A stretch of DNA of 64,000 nt from an uncultured Bradyrhizobium sp. (GCA_964504705.1 CAZDEZ010000011.1:870-64869); one strand, 5' to 3'. Numbered from the stretch's first letter, positions 9,878-20,454 are shown. Made by a program: numbers and translations. The notes: generated by a model from the letters alone, not told the origin.

Positions 9878-10378
9878 CTAGCCGCCCTTGTCGCCTGGAG
9901 GCTCCGCAGCCAGCAAGCGCTCCAGCCGTTTCTCTTCTTCGGGCGTCAGCTTCATGAGGGCATCCTCGTTCGCACGCCCTGCCCGCGCCCGCCGGTTGCT
10001 GTAGACCCAGAGCGCAATGCCGCCGCCCATCAGCACCAGCGGCGGCAGCAGCCACAGCAGCGCGGTGTTCGGATTGAGGCGCGGCTTCAGCAGCACGAAC
10101 TCGCCATAGCGCGCGACCAGGAAGTCGATCACCTGCGAATCGGAATCACCTGCAGCGATGCGCTCGCGCACGAGAAGGCGCAGATCCCGCGCCAGCGGCG
10201 CGTCGGAATCGTCGATCGACTGGTTCTGGCAGACCATGCAGCGCAGCTCTTTGGACAACTCTCGGGCGCGCCCCTCCTTGACGGGATCGGACATGATCTC
10301 GTCGGGCTGCACGGCGCGGGCCGGCGAGCCGGCCATCACCGCCACGGCAAGCGCAAGGATGACGGCCGCGCGCTTCAT
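9878..10378 (-). CDS. ccmH: Cytochrome c biogenesis protein CcmH/CycL
   Basis: LRCMVCQNQSIDDSDA motif; ARYGEFVLLKP; ATGA overlap with ccmF. Confidence 0.95.
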   Translation of the reverse strand: MKRAAVILALAVAVMAGSPARAVQPDEIMSDPVKEGRARELSKELRCMVCQNQSIDDSDAPLARDLRLLVRERIAAGDSDSQVIDFLVARYGEFVLLKPRLNPNTALLWLLPPLVLMGGGIALWVYSNRRARAGRANEDALMKLTPEEEKRLERLLAAEPPGDKGG

Positions 10379-12357
10379 TCGGCGGCCTCCAATCTGCGGG
10401 CGTCGCGGGCGGGTTTCGGCGCGCCGACGCGCAGGCGGCGGTCGGAAAGCGACAGCACGCCGCCGAAGGCCATCAGCACCGGGCCCCACCAGATCAGCAG
10501 CACCAGCGGCTTGTAGTAGATGCGCACGGCAATGCCGCCGTCCGACGAGGCATCGCCGAGCGAGACGTAGAGCTGACTGGCGCCGCGCGTCAGCAGCGCG
10601 GCTTCCGTGGTCGACATGCCGCGCGTGGTGAAGCTGCGCTTGGAGGGCGTCATCGCCGGCATCGGCTGGCCGTCGAGGCTGACCGAAAACTGCGCCAGCG
10701 TCTCGCGGTAGTTCGGTCCCTGCCGCTGCGTCAGGCCGTCGAGCTTCAGCTCGTAGCCGGCGACTTTGGCGACCTGGTCCGGCTTCATGGTCGCGATGTA
10801 CTCGCTGTTCCATGTCGTCTCGCAGACGACGCCGATCAGCGCGACGCCGAGGCCGGCATGGGCCATTGCCGTGCCCCAGGCCGAGCGCGGCAGGCCGCGC
10901 GCGCGCCGCAGCGAGGCGGACGGGGGAACGCGGAACAGCGCGGTGCGCTCGGCGATGTCGCTGAGCGCACCTGCGGTCACGAACACCGCAAGCCCGATCG
11001 CCAGCGGCGCCAGCACCGGCCCGCCGTGCATCCACGCCCACACCATCGCGACCGCGAGCAGCGCGGCGATGCCGGCCGCGACCAGCCGCTGCGCAGCCGC
11101 CAGCAGGTCGCCGCGTTTCCAGGCCAGCAGCGGCCCGAAGGGAACGGCGAGCAGCAGGGGGACGAACAACGGTCCGAAGGTGAGATTGAAGAACGGCGCG
11201 CCGACCGAAATCTTCTCGCCGGTCAGCACCTCGAGCGCCAGCGGATACAGCGTGCCGACGAACACCGTCGCGCAGGCCGTGGTCAGGAACAGGTTGTTGA
11301 GCACCAGCGCGCCCTCGCGCGAGATCGGCGCGAACAAGCCGCCCTGCTTGAGCTGCGGCGCGCGCAAGGCGAACAACGCCAGGCTGCCGCCGATGAAGAC
11401 GCAGAGGATCAAGAGGATGAACACGCCCCGCGCGGGGTCGGTGGCGAAGGCGTGCACCGACGTCAGCACGCCGGAGCGCACCAGGAAGGTGCCGAGCAGC
11501 GACAGCGAGAAGGTCAGGATCGACAGCAGGATGGTCCAGACCTTCAGCGCGTTACGCTTCTCCATCACCAGCGCCGAGTGCAACAATGCGGTGCCGGCGA
11601 GCCAGGGCATCAGCGAGGCGTTCTCCACCGGGTCCCAGAACCACCAGCCGCCCCAGCCGAGCTCGTAGTACGCCCAGTACGAGCCCATCGCGATGCCGAG
11701 CGTGAGGAAGATCCAGGCGACCAGCGTCCACGGCCGCACCCAGCGCGCCCAGGCGGCGTCGATCCGCCCCTCGATCAGGGCTGCGACTGCAAAGGAGAAC
11801 GAGATCGAGAAGCCGACATAGCCGAGATAGAGCATCGGCGGATGCACGGCGAGGCCAATATCCTGCAGGATCGGATTGAGGTCACGGCCCTCGATCGGCG
11901 GCTGAACGATGCGCGCGAACGGATTCGAGGTGAGCAGGATGAACAGGTAGAACGCGCCGGCGACCCAGGCCTGCGCCGCCAGCACGTTGGCCCGCAGCGA
12001 CAGCGGCAGGTTGCTGCCGAACAGGGCGACCAGCGCGCCGAACAGCGCCAGGATCGCCACCCACAGCAGCATCGATCCCTCATGGTTGCCCCACACGCCG
12101 GTGATCTTGTAGATCAGCGGCTTTGCCGAGTGCGAATTCTCGAACACGTTGGTGACGGAAAAATCCGAGTTGACGTGCAGCGCCGTCAGCAGCACGAACG
12201 AGGCGCCGACGAACAGCATCTGCGCAACCGCCGTCGAGCGCGCCATCTCCATCAGCGCGACGTCGCCGCGGCGCGCGCCGATGATCGGCACGATCGACTG
12301 GATCAGCGCAAGCGCAAGCGCCAGCACCAGCGCGTAATGGCCGGCCTCCGCGATCAC
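10375..12357 (-). CDS. ccmF: Heme lyase CcmF/CycK
   Basis: [28 protein letters not shown] domain; HPPMLY; SVHAF. Confidence 0.97.
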   Translation of the reverse strand: MIAEAGHYALVLALALALIQSIVPIIGARRGDVALMEMARSTAVAQMLFVGASFVLLTALHVNSDFSVTNVFENSHSAKPLIYKITGVWGNHEGSMLLWVAILALFGALVALFGSNLPLSLRANVLAAQAWVAGAFYLFILLTSNPFARIVQPPIEGRDLNPILQDIGLAVHPPMLYLGYVGFSISFSFAVAALIEGRIDAAWARWVRPWTLVAWIFLTLGIAMGSYWAYYELGWGGWWFWDPVENASLMPWLAGTALLHSALVMEKRNALKVWTILLSILTFSLSLLGTFLVRSGVLTSVHAFATDPARGVFILLILCVFIGGSLALFALRAPQLKQGGLFAPISREGALVLNNLFLTTACATVFVGTLYPLALEVLTGEKISVGAPFFNLTFGPLFVPLLLAVPFGPLLAWKRGDLLAAAQRLVAAGIAALLAVAMVWAWMHGGPVLAPLAIGLAVFVTAGALSDIAERTALFRVPPSASLRRARGLPRSAWGTAMAHAGLGVALIGVVCETTWNSEYIATMKPDQVAKVAGYELKLDGLTQRQGPNYRETLAQFSVSLDGQPMPAMTPSKRSFTTRGMSTTEAALLTRGASQLYVSLGDASSDGGIAVRIYYKPLVLLIWWGPVLMAFGGVLSLSDRRLRVGAPKPARDARRLEAAE

Positions 12358-12830
12358 TTCGAGGCTCCTTGCGTCGGCTTGTTTTCCTTGGCGCCGTAAT
12401 CGTCCTTCCAGTGGCCCTGCTTCTTCAGGGCATCGGCGACTTCCTTGGGCATGTAGGTCTCGTCGTGCTTGGCGAGCACGGTATCGGCGCGGAAGGTGCC
12501 GGAGGCATCGAGCGCGCCTTCGGCGACGACGCCCTGCCCTTCGCGGAACAGGTCGGGCAGGATGCCCTTGAAGGTGACCGGCAGATTGGTGCTGCCGTCG
12601 GCGATGGCGAAATTGACGACGAGATTGTCGCCGCGCTGGAGCGAGCCCGGCTGCACCAGTCCGCCGAGACGGAAGCGCTTGCCGACCGGAATCTGCTTTT
12701 CGGCCGCCATCGACGGCGTCGAGAAGAACACGATGGAATCGCGCATGGCGTTCAGCACCAGCCCCGCCGCCACCGCCAGAATGGCCAGCGCGCCGCCGAT
12801 CATCGTGAGCCGCCGTTGTTTGCGTGTCAT
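12354..12830 (-). CDS. ccmE: Heme chaperone CcmE/CycJ
   Basis: [12 protein letters not shown] and LAKHDETY heme-binding motif; start MTRKQRR. Confidence 0.96.
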   Translation of the reverse strand: MTRKQRRLTMIGGALAILAVAAGLVLNAMRDSIVFFSTPSMAAEKQIPVGKRFRLGGLVQPGSLQRGDNLVVNFAIADGSTNLPVTFKGILPDLFREGQGVVAEGALDASGTFRADTVLAKHDETYMPKEVADALKKQGHWKDDYGAKENKPTQGASK

Positions 12831-12855
12831 GCTGCGCCCTTGTTCGAGTGCGTGG

Positions 12856-13956
12856 TCATCCATCCAACCCCAGACTCTTGAGGCCCTCATTGAGTTTGCG
12901 CAAGCGCTCCACGTCGCTTCCGACCGCCTGCCGCGCATCGACGCCGGCAAGCGATGCCTTCTCGCGTTCGCCCATCACGAGATAGGCGCGCACCAGCCGC
13001 AGCCAACCATCGACGTCGTCGCCGTTCTGCTTGAGCCGCGCCGCCAGGCGATCCACCATGCCGCGCACCATCTCGTTGCGGTCGGTCTCCTTCATGTCCC
13101 TGGCGGCAGCCATGGCGTCGTCGGTGAGCGGCGGAGCCATGCCGCCGACTCGCGCTAGCGCCGTCTGCACCACGGTACGCCACGGCGCGTCCGCCGGTGC
13201 ATTGGCCAGCATCGCCTTCCAGATCGAGGCGGCGTCGGCATTGCGGCCGTCCTGCTCGGCCGCAACACCCAGGAAGTAGTTTGCCTTGGCCTCGCCGGCG
13301 TTCAGCGCCAGCGCACGTTCGAATTCGGTTTTCGACTCGCCGGTAACGATGCCGCCGGCGGCCGCCATCAGGGCTTCGCCGAGATCGGCACGGCGTTCGG
13401 AACTGTCGCCGCCGTAAGCGATCGCGTTGCGCCAGGCGCGCACGGCATCGTCATGGCGGCCGAGTCGCGAGAGAACCGGCGCAAGCACCGTCCAGCCGCG
13501 GCCATCGGTCGGATTCTTTTCGAGATGCGCTTCCACCTGCGCCACCAGATTGACCAGCGGCTGTTGACCGTCAGGCGCCTTCGAGCGCGAGGCCAGCGGA
13601 AAGTCGCCGATCTGCGGCGAGCCCAGCGGCAGATAGAGTGCAATTGCCGCGGCCGGAAGTCCGATCAGCGCAACCACCGCAACCGCGCGGCGCAGCAGCC
13701 TGCTCGGCCGCGCTTCGGGGCCGGCCTCGGCATGGGTCGCGGCGAGCAAACGGCGGCTGATCTCGATCCGCGCCGATTCGGCCTCCGCCGCGCCGATCAA
13801 TCCGCCGGCAAGGTCGCGATCGATCTCCGCGAGCTGGTCGCGGTAGACCGTCGCCTCGGTGCCGCCCGTTTGCGAGCCGTAACGCCGGCCAAGCGGCCAC
13901 AGCACGGCGAACACCGCCGCGACCGTCATCAGCGCGAACACGAACCAGAGAGTCAT
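12856..13956 (-). CDS. ccmI: Cytochrome c biogenesis protein CcmI/CycH
   Basis: N-terminal [25 protein letters not shown] repeats; first gene of cycHJKL. Confidence 0.92.
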   Translation of the reverse strand: MTLWFVFALMTVAAVFAVLWPLGRRYGSQTGGTEATVYRDQLAEIDRDLAGGLIGAAEAESARIEISRRLLAATHAEAGPEARPSRLLRRAVAVVALIGLPAAAIALYLPLGSPQIGDFPLASRSKAPDGQQPLVNLVAQVEAHLEKNPTDGRGWTVLAPVLSRLGRHDDAVRAWRNAIAYGGDSSERRADLGEALMAAAGGIVTGESKTEFERALALNAGEAKANYFLGVAAEQDGRNADAASIWKAMLANAPADAPWRTVVQTALARVGGMAPPLTDDAMAAARDMKETDRNEMVRGMVDRLAARLKQNGDDVDGWLRLVRAYLVMGEREKASLAGVDARQAVGSDVERLRKLNEGLKSLGLDG

Positions 13957-14091
13957 CAAGCGGGTTCCGGTGAAACGACGCCCTGTCGAGAAGCGCCGAT
14001 GCGCGATTTATACTATCGGCGAGGCTCCGGACAATTGACATTTCTCATGATTTTCCGGCCCGAAAGCCCGGGGAAATCCGGACAAATCGCC

Positions 14092-14361
14092 TCAGGCGAT
14101 CTCGAACTGCGCGCTTTGCGCGACATGCCGGCCATGGCCGTTCAGCGCGCGCAGGAAATAGGTTCCAGCCTTGAACGAGGCGGGAAGCCTGATCCGGATT
14201 GAACCGACCGGCACGCGCGAGGTGACCCTGGTGACGGGATCGGAGAGCTGATCTCCGCTCGCCTCGTCAACCAGCACGATGGTGGCGCCGAACATCAGGT
14301 TGCGGTAGGTCGCCGAAATCACCTGATTTTCGAGTTCTACGAAACTAATGATCGAAATCAT
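14092..14361 (-). CDS. Hypothetical 89-aa beta-rich protein
   Basis: Clean ORF filling the intergenic gap with coding-like codon usage. Confidence 0.6.
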   Translation of the reverse strand: MISIISFVELENQVISATYRNLMFGATIVLVDEASGDQLSDPVTRVTSRVPVGSIRIRLPASFKAGTYFLRALNGHGRHVAQSAQFEIA

Positions 14362-14435
14362 GCGGCATTGGTATGTCGCACATCCAGTATCGTCAACTAA
14401 AAATTGTATTTCTGCTGTTTGTTACTTGTAGCCGG

Positions 14436-15842
14436 TTACTTCTGTCCGGCCTTGGCGGGCTTGCGGTCGCCGGTCACCGCGTTCTCCGCCGCCCGGCTCA
14501 TCAGCGCCGCATAGTCGGTACCGAACAGCACCTCGCAGAACCGGATCGCTGCCTGCGCCTGCTGCTGCCGATAGGCGCGGCCCTTCTCGTTGCGAAGCGA
14601 CTGCACCAGCGCCTCGGTGGATTGTTCGACGTAGTGCTGCAGGTCGGAATAAGTGCGCAACGTGACCTCGTTGATGGCGAGTTCGCTGGCATAGGTGCGG
14701 CACACCGCGACGAAGTCGATCAGGCCCGCGGTTTCCTCCACCTCCGACATGTCGATTTTCGGCGCGGCGGCGATATCCTTGTCGGCACGCTGGCGCAGGA
14801 TGCGGCGGACGCGGCCGGGAACGCTTTCGATTTCCGACTGCAGCGAATTGGAGATATCGGCGCGGATCGAGGCGAGTTGCCTGCCCCACGCCGAGTCGTT
14901 GCGCAGGTCGAGCTCGGTGCGCAGACCGCGCACACCGTCATGCAGTGTCTTCAGCTGCTCGGCGATTCCGTCGAGATGGCCGCGCCTGATATCGGTGCGC
15001 AGGCATGCCGCGACGAAGTAGAGGTCGTGCAGCGCAATGGTGACGGCCACGCCATAGGGCGTGGCGGCAACCCGGACCTCGTCGTCGGATGCCGCCATCG
15101 TCACCGCGAGGCGGATGATCTGCCAGGGCGAGGTCAGCCGCTGCATCACCAGCGACAGGGCGAACGGCAGTACCTGCGGCGTCTGCAGCGAGGGCACGTT
15201 GAGGAAGGCGATGGTCGAGACGACCTGCGATTCCCCGAACATGCGCATATAGCCCGGCATCTTGCCGTTCAGGGTCTCCAACGCCTCCCTCGCCTGCAGC
15301 ACCGACCCGATCGCAAGCAAATCCTCGACGATCTCCGGCGCGCCGATGCGCGAAAGTGCGCGGTGCCGTTCGTCCGGCGAGCCCGATGTCGCGATCTTGA
15401 CAATCGCCTGGGCGGCGGCGAGTTGCAGCTTGCGGACCGCCGGCTCGATACCGGCCTTCGCATCGGCCGCGCGCGCCGCCGACAGCGCCGCCTCGAATTC
15501 GCTCACCGCTTCCGGCGCGCCGTCGCGCCCGAGCCATTGCCAGATCAGGGCCAGCGAGGCACGGCGGATCTGGCCGGGGCGGATCGGAAAATTTCCGTCC
15601 ACGAGGAACGGCTCCAGCGGCCGGAACAACAACCGTGCCGGATCGTCGGTGCGCGGGCGCACCTCCTCGTCCTCGTCCGCGCCGCGTACGATGGCGCGCA
15701 GTTGCTCGAGCACGAAGGTCGCAACCGTCGTGTCCTCGCCCCGCTCGAGCGCGCGTTCGAACTCACGCATCAGCAGCGCCTGCGATTGCGGCGGCAGCTG
15801 TGCGAGATACTCCCTCAGACGTTCGATCGATGCCTGATTCAT
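14436..15842 (-). CDS. Hypothetical helical protein downstream of the feuQ-like kinase
   Basis: Start MNQASIERL; GC3-rich codons; 468 aa. Confidence 0.8.
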   Translation of the reverse strand: MNQASIERLREYLAQLPPQSQALLMREFERALERGEDTTVATFVLEQLRAIVRGADEDEEVRPRTDDPARLLFRPLEPFLVDGNFPIRPGQIRRASLALIWQWLGRDGAPEAVSEFEAALSAARAADAKAGIEPAVRKLQLAAAQAIVKIATSGSPDERHRALSRIGAPEIVEDLLAIGSVLQAREALETLNGKMPGYMRMFGESQVVSTIAFLNVPSLQTPQVLPFALSLVMQRLTSPWQIIRLAVTMAASDDEVRVAATPYGVAVTIALHDLYFVAACLRTDIRRGHLDGIAEQLKTLHDGVRGLRTELDLRNDSAWGRQLASIRADISNSLQSEIESVPGRVRRILRQRADKDIAAAPKIDMSEVEETAGLIDFVAVCRTYASELAINEVTLRTYSDLQHYVEQSTEALVQSLRNEKGRAYRQQQAQAAIRFCEVLFGTDYAALMSRAAENAVTGDRKPAKAGQK

Positions 15843-15909
15843 GGGGCGGGTTGCGGATACGAATGACGGACGGCAAAGGCGTCCATCGGGTATCATATTG
15901 GCTTGCGCG

Positions 15910-15924
15910 TTAAGAAGTCGTTTA
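15910..15924. promoter_or_regulatory. CtrA-like box TTAA-N7-TTTA
   Basis: One mismatch to TTAA-N7-TTAA; about 70 nt upstream of the 15842 start. Confidence 0.45.
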
Positions 15925-15979
15925 GGAATGCCGCGCGCACAGGCACGCCGCGGCGAAAAATACCTGCCTTTGCGGCTAC

Positions 15980-17356
15980 TTATACCCCCGGCAGCAGCAA
16001 TTCGGCGCGTAGGCCGCCGCTCGGCGCGCTGCCGAGCGTCAGGCTGCCGCCGTAAAGGGCGGCAAGATCGACCACGATCGACAGGCCGAGGCCCGAACCC
16101 GGCTTCGATTCGTCGAGCCGCTGGCCGCGGCGCGAGACCTGGGCGCGCTCGGCCTCCGACAACCCTCGCCCGTCGTCGTCGACGAGGATGCGAATCCGGG
16201 CGCCGGCGCCGGGCTCGGCCTCCCGCTCGACCAGTACCTCGACCAGAACCTGCGAAGCCGCCCATTTGCAGGCGTTGTCGACGAGATTGCCCACCATCTC
16301 CTCGAGGTCCTGCCGCTCGCCGCGGAATCGGGCGCGAGGGTCCGCGAGCACCTCGATCGCGATGCCGCGGTCGCGATGGATCTTCTCCATGGTCCGGCGC
16401 AGCGCCTCGATGGCCGGAGCCACCTCGGTGACCGTGCCGACGATGGTGACGCGCGCGGCAATGCGGGCGCGTTCGAGGTGATGGCCGAGCTGGCCGCGCA
16501 TCACTTCGGCCTGTTCCAGTACCTTGTCGGCGAACGGGTCGGCGCGGTGGGCGGCCGCCTCGTTGACGATCACGGACAGCGGCGTCTTGATCGCGTGCGC
16601 GAGATTGCCGACATGGGTGCGCGCGCGCTCGACGATTTCGCGGTTGGCGTCGATCAGCGCGTTGGTCTCGCGTGCGAGCGGCGCGATCTCGACCGGGAAG
16701 TTACCCTCCAGCCGTTCGGCGCGGCCGGAGCGGATGTCGGCGATCGCCTCGGAAATGCGCTTCAGCGGCGCAAGACCAAAGCGGACCTGGAAGATGGTGG
16801 TGAGCAGCAGCACGATACCCAGCGAGGCAAAGGTGCCGCCGAGGTAGTAGTCGAAGCTGCGCGTCTCGTCGAAGATTTCGCTGGCGTCGCCCGCGACGTT
16901 GACGAGGAACTTGCCGTCGGCGCCGAGATCGACCGGCCGCTCCACCATGCGCAGCGTCTGGCCTTCGGGCCCGTCGACATAGCCGAGCCTTATGCCGGCC
17001 GGCGTCAGCTCGGCGCCGCTGTCCTCCAGCCTGGGCAGCTTCTTGTCCCAGAGCGAGCGCGAGGCGCGTGTTTCGGCCTTCTCCAGATCGGTGCGGGCGA
17101 TCTGCCAGTACCAGCCGGACAGCGGCAGCTCGAACAGCGGCTCGCCGAGCGACTGGAACTGGCGCTCCGGCGGCTCGTCCGGCGTCGCCACCTCGGCGAT
17201 CAGCGTGCGCAGATAGAGGTTGAGGCGGCGGTCGAAGGCGCGCTCGGTCGCATTGCGGTAGACCGACGACAGCACCACGCCCGTGAGCAGCAGGATCACC
17301 ACCACCCATGCGGTCGCCGACAGGAACAGGCGGGTGGCAAGCGAGCTGCCGCGCAT
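15980..17356 (-). CDS. feuQ: Sensor histidine kinase, FeuQ/PhoQ-like
   Basis: H-box NLAHAIKTPL, NLVDNACKW, GSGLGL; position upstream of cycHJKL as for rhizobial feuPQ. Confidence 0.8.
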   Translation of the reverse strand: MRGSSLATRLFLSATAWVVVILLLTGVVLSSVYRNATERAFDRRLNLYLRTLIAEVATPDEPPERQFQSLGEPLFELPLSGWYWQIARTDLEKAETRASRSLWDKKLPRLEDSGAELTPAGIRLGYVDGPEGQTLRMVERPVDLGADGKFLVNVAGDASEIFDETRSFDYYLGGTFASLGIVLLLTTIFQVRFGLAPLKRISEAIADIRSGRAERLEGNFPVEIAPLARETNALIDANREIVERARTHVGNLAHAIKTPLSVIVNEAAAHRADPFADKVLEQAEVMRGQLGHHLERARIAARVTIVGTVTEVAPAIEALRRTMEKIHRDRGIAIEVLADPRARFRGERQDLEEMVGNLVDNACKWAASQVLVEVLVEREAEPGAGARIRILVDDDGRGLSEAERAQVSRRGQRLDESKPGSGLGLSIVVDLAALYGGSLTLGSAPSGGLRAELLLPGV

Positions 17357-17408
17357 CAGGGCATGATCCGAAAAAATGGCACCGGTTTTCCGGATAAGAC
17401 CATGCTTG
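17357..17408. repeat. Short rhizobial palindromic repeat (GCATGATCCGAAAA...ACCGGTTTTCCGGATAAGACCATGC)
   Basis: Terminal GCATG/CATGC arms and internal ACCGGTTTTCC, typical of RIME-like half elements; sits between feuP and feuQ. Confidence 0.7.
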
Positions 17409-17435
17409 GGGCAAAAAGGAAGCCCCGCGACGCCG

Positions 17436-18104
17436 TCACGCGCCGGTCGGCGGCGTCAGCAGATAGCCCAGCCCGCGCACGGTCTGGATGATGTCGACCT
17501 CGAGCTTCTTGCGGATGCGGCCGACGAACACTTCGATGGTGTTGGAGTCGCGGTCGAAGTCCTGGTCGTAGAGATGCTCGACCAGCTCAGTGCGCGACAC
17601 CACGCGGCCGACGTGATGCATGAGGTATTCGAGCAAATTGTATTCGTGCGAGGTCAGCTTGATCGGGTTGCCGTTGACGGCCACGCGCTTGGTCCGCGTG
17701 TTCAGCGTCACCGGGCCGCAAGTGAGCTCGACCTGGGCATGACCGGTGGAGCGGCGCAGCAGCGCGCGGATGCGCGCGAGGATCTCCTCGAGGTGAAAGG
17801 GCTTTGCCACATAGTCGTCGGCGCCGGCGTCGAAGCCCTGCACCTTGTCGCTCCAGCGGTCGCGCGCGGTGAGGATCAGGACCGGCATCACACGCTTGTT
17901 GCGCCGCCAGGCCTCCAGCACCGAGATGCCGTCCATCTTCGGCAGGCCGATGTCGAGCACGACGGCGTCGTAGGGTTCGCTGTCGCCGAGATAGTGCCCC
18001 TCCTCGCCGTCGAAGGCGCGATCTACGACGTAGCCGGCGTCGGTCAGTGCCGTGGTGAGCTGGCGATTGAGATCCGGATCGTCCTCAACGACGAGCAAGC
18101 GCAA
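17436..18104 (-). CDS. feuP: OmpR-family response regulator, FeuP/PhoP-like
   Basis: MRLLVVEDD, LDIGLP, LTARDRWSDKVQGFDAGADDY, DRDSNTIEVFVGRIRKK. Confidence 0.82.
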   Translation of the reverse strand: MRLLVVEDDPDLNRQLTTALTDAGYVVDRAFDGEEGHYLGDSEPYDAVVLDIGLPKMDGISVLEAWRRNKRVMPVLILTARDRWSDKVQGFDAGADDYVAKPFHLEEILARIRALLRRSTGHAQVELTCGPVTLNTRTKRVAVNGNPIKLTSHEYNLLEYLMHHVGRVVSRTELVEHLYDQDFDRDSNTIEVFVGRIRKKLEVDIIQTVRGLGYLLTPPTGA

Positions 18105-18157
18105 GCTGGCCTCCGATGGTGAGCCTTACAATGCCGTCATGATGGGGCTCAGGGGCG

Positions 18158-18173
18158 TGAACCGGCCATGAAC
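18158..18173 (-). promoter_or_regulatory. Putative autoregulatory direct repeat GTTCA-N6-GTTCA
   Basis: TGAAC at 18158 and 18169 (11-bp period) upstream of feuP; OmpR/PhoP-type box geometry. Confidence 0.5.
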
Positions 18174-18283
18174 GGGAACCCGCCGCAAGATTACTTTTTG
18201 TTCATCCGGCCGCGCCCGTCCGATGCCTACCACGCCGACGTGGCAGACCCAAATTCAGCGGTGAAAGTGCGCCGCCGCGGCCG

Positions 18284-18436
18284 TCAGGCCTTGAAAAAGA
18301 CGAACCAGACGATGCCCAGGATCAGGATCGCAAGCCCGGTCGACACCGACAGGAGCGCAAGCACCGACGGGCCCGGTTCGGCCTGGCGCGCCTCGGTCGG
18401 GGTTTCGACGATCCGGCCATGTTGTCGTGTTGCCAT
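18284..18436 (-). CDS. Small membrane protein (50 aa)
   Basis: MATRQHGRIVETPTEARQAE plus C-terminal TM; GAGG RBS; EcfG-type promoter upstream. Confidence 0.75.
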   Translation of the reverse strand: MATRQHGRIVETPTEARQAEPGPSVLALLSVSTGLAILILGIVWFVFFKA

Positions 18437-18496
18437 TGTGGCCTCATTCAAAAAGCGTCTCGGCGGCCGTCGCTTGCGCACGGCGGTCCCGGGGGT

Positions 18497-18521
18497 AACG
18501 CGTGGTCGAGAATGAGGTTCC
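18497..18521 (-). promoter_or_regulatory. EcfG (general stress sigma) promoter GGAAC-N16-CGTT
   Basis: Exact consensus on the minus strand about 60 nt upstream of the small-protein ATG. Confidence 0.7.
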
Positions 18522-18700
18522 GGCCCGGCGGGGCTGCGGCAGGGCGTCGCGCATGAGGGCAGAATGTCGGATTGGCGACGAACCGAACGTCCCTGGATCG
18601 GTTAACGCCGTTGGGAGATTCCCCGGCGCCCTGCGTTCAAACCGCACGCCGGACGTGGTATGCTTAACGGTCGGCTGTTGCGTATTTCGGAGTAGATTTC

Positions 18701-19675
18701 ATGGCCCCCCGCGCCAATTGGAAGGGCTTTTTGCGCCTTTCGCTGGTGACCTGCCCGGTCGCGCTCTATCCGGCGACGTCGGATACCGAAAAGGTCTCCT
18801 TCAACCAGATCAACCGCAAGACCGGCCACCGCATCAAATACGCCAAGGTCGACGCCGACACCGGCGAGGAAGTGTCCAACGAGGACATCATCAAGGGCTA
18901 CAAGGTCGACACCGACACCTACGTCGAGGTCACCAAGGACGAACTCGAGGATATCGCGCTGGAATCGACCCGCACCATCGAGATCGACGAGTTCGTGCCG
19001 CGCAGCGACATCGACAGCCGCTATGTGATCCGCCCCTATTATCTCGTGCCCGACGGCAAGGTCGGCCACGACGCCTTCGCCGTAATCCGCGAGACCATCC
19101 GCAAGATGGACAAGGTTGCGATCGGCCGCGTGGTGCTGACCAACCGCGAGCACATCATCGCGCTGGAGCCGCTCGACAACGGCCTGATGGGTACGCTGCT
19201 GCGCTACCCGTACGAGGTGCGCGACGAAAAGGAATATTTCGACGACATCCAGGACGTGAAGATCACCAAGGACATGCTTGATCTTGCAAGGCATATCGTC
19301 GAGCAGAAGTCCGCGCCGTTCGAGCCCGAGAAATTCGACGACCGTTACGAATCCGCCCTCGTGGACCTGATCAACCGCAAGCGCAACGGCCAGCTCACCG
19401 GCGCAAAGCCTGCGCCGAAATCCAGCGGCAACGTCATCAACCTGATGGATGCGCTGAAGAAGAGCCTTGCCGGCGCCGGCGAACGCAAGGCCGCTCCGGC
19501 CGCAAAGGCGCCGCCGGCCGCAAAGGCCAAGGGCAAGAAGAAGCGCGTCGAGGGCCAGCGCGAGATGTTGCTGCCGATCTCGGGAAGCGGCAGCGGCAAG
19601 CGTGCCGTCAAGGAAGCGCCAAAGAAAGCCGAGAAACCAGTGCGCGCGCAAAGCAAGGCGAGAAAGGCCGGCTAA
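18701..19675 (+). CDS. ku: Ku protein (NHEJ DNA end-binding)
   Basis: MAPRANWKGFLRLSLVTCPVALYPA, PYYLVPD, NVINLMDALKKSL, basic Lys/Ala tail. Confidence 0.96.
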   Translation: MAPRANWKGFLRLSLVTCPVALYPATSDTEKVSFNQINRKTGHRIKYAKVDADTGEEVSNEDIIKGYKVDTDTYVEVTKDELEDIALESTRTIEIDEFVPRSDIDSRYVIRPYYLVPDGKVGHDAFAVIRETIRKMDKVAIGRVVLTNREHIIALEPLDNGLMGTLLRYPYEVRDEKEYFDDIQDVKITKDMLDLARHIVEQKSAPFEPEKFDDRYESALVDLINRKRNGQLTGAKPAPKSSGNVINLMDALKKSLAGAGERKAAPAAKAPPAAKAKGKKKRVEGQREMLLPISGSGSGKRAVKEAPKKAEKPVRAQSKARKAG

Positions 19676-19700
19676 AGCCGGCTAGTCGTCCACGTGGCGC

Positions 19701-19901
19701 TCAGTCGCCGCCGCCATCGCCGTCGCCACCGAACAAGCCAAGGTCGAAGTCGCCACCGCTGCTCCTGTCGGACTGCTCGTCGCGGAGCAGCACGATCACG
19801 AAAAGCACGACGACCAGCACCACGCCGAATGCCTGCCAGGGATAGCCGACAACGAGCGCGGTGAGCTGTGAGGTAGCCTTTCCCAGCGGCGGATCGAACA
19901 T
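19701..19901 (-). CDS. Small membrane protein with Gly/Asp-rich tail
   Basis: 66 aa, one TM, GGDFDLGLFGGDGDGGGD; starts 7 nt after the pilin stop. Confidence 0.5.
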   Translation of the reverse strand: MFDPPLGKATSQLTALVVGYPWQAFGVVLVVVLFVIVLLRDEQSDRSSGGDFDLGLFGGDGDGGGD

Positions 19902-19907
19902 GCGCCC

Positions 19908-20072
19908 TTACTTGATCGAGGTATTCACCGAAGTGAAGCTGTTGTTGAGCGTTGAGCCCATACCGTTGACGGCAACGACGATGACAATGCTGATGCCGGC
20001 CGCGATCAGGCAGTATTCGATCGCGGTCGCGCCGGACTCGTCGCGCAAGAACCTGCAAATCAATTGTCGCAT
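19908..20072 (-). CDS. Flp family type IVb pilin
   Basis: FLRDESG|ATAIEY prepilin/Flp motif plus hydrophobic helix; AGGAG RBS. Confidence 0.92.
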   Translation of the reverse strand: MRQLICRFLRDESGATAIEYCLIAAGISIVIVVAVNGMGSTLNNSFTSVNTSIK

Positions 20073-20168
20073 CTGAAAAACTCCTGTTGACGCCCCACGA
20101 GGTTCTCCCCGCGCCAATGCGGCTGCAAATGTAAATTCGACTGGTTGTCGGCTGGTTGAGGAAAACGG

Positions 20169-20183
20169 TCAACGAACGGTTAA
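20169..20183. promoter_or_regulatory. CtrA-like box upstream of the pilin
   Basis: TTAA-CCGTTCG-TTGA on the minus strand; CtrA control of Flp pilin is established in Caulobacter. Confidence 0.5.
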
Positions 20184-20286
20184 GGCGAGCACCCGGAAAT
20201 CGACCGCCGTATTCGTACGGGCGCGAAAATTTACCCCCGGCCGCCGCGCGCCATGCATAGTCGGCCATCAGTTCCGGGGACGGACC

Positions 20287-20454
20287 ATGGCTGCGCAGAA
20301 GCGTTTGTCGAACAGAAACTACATCGACCTCGTCGCGGACGAAGAGGACGAGCGTCGCGCCGCAGAGCGGCAGCCGGCATCGGTTCATCCGCTCAGGGAT
20401 TATCTGCGCAGCCTCGTTGCCGCGATGCGGCCTGCGCGCAGCGAGACCGACTGA
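20287..20454 (+). CDS. Small hypothetical protein (55 aa, not in the ORF track)
   Basis: MAAQKRLSNRNYIDLVADEEDERRAAERQPASVHPLRDYLRSLVAAMRPARSETD; GGGGA RBS. Confidence 0.5.
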   Translation: MAAQKRLSNRNYIDLVADEEDERRAAERQPASVHPLRDYLRSLVAAMRPARSETD

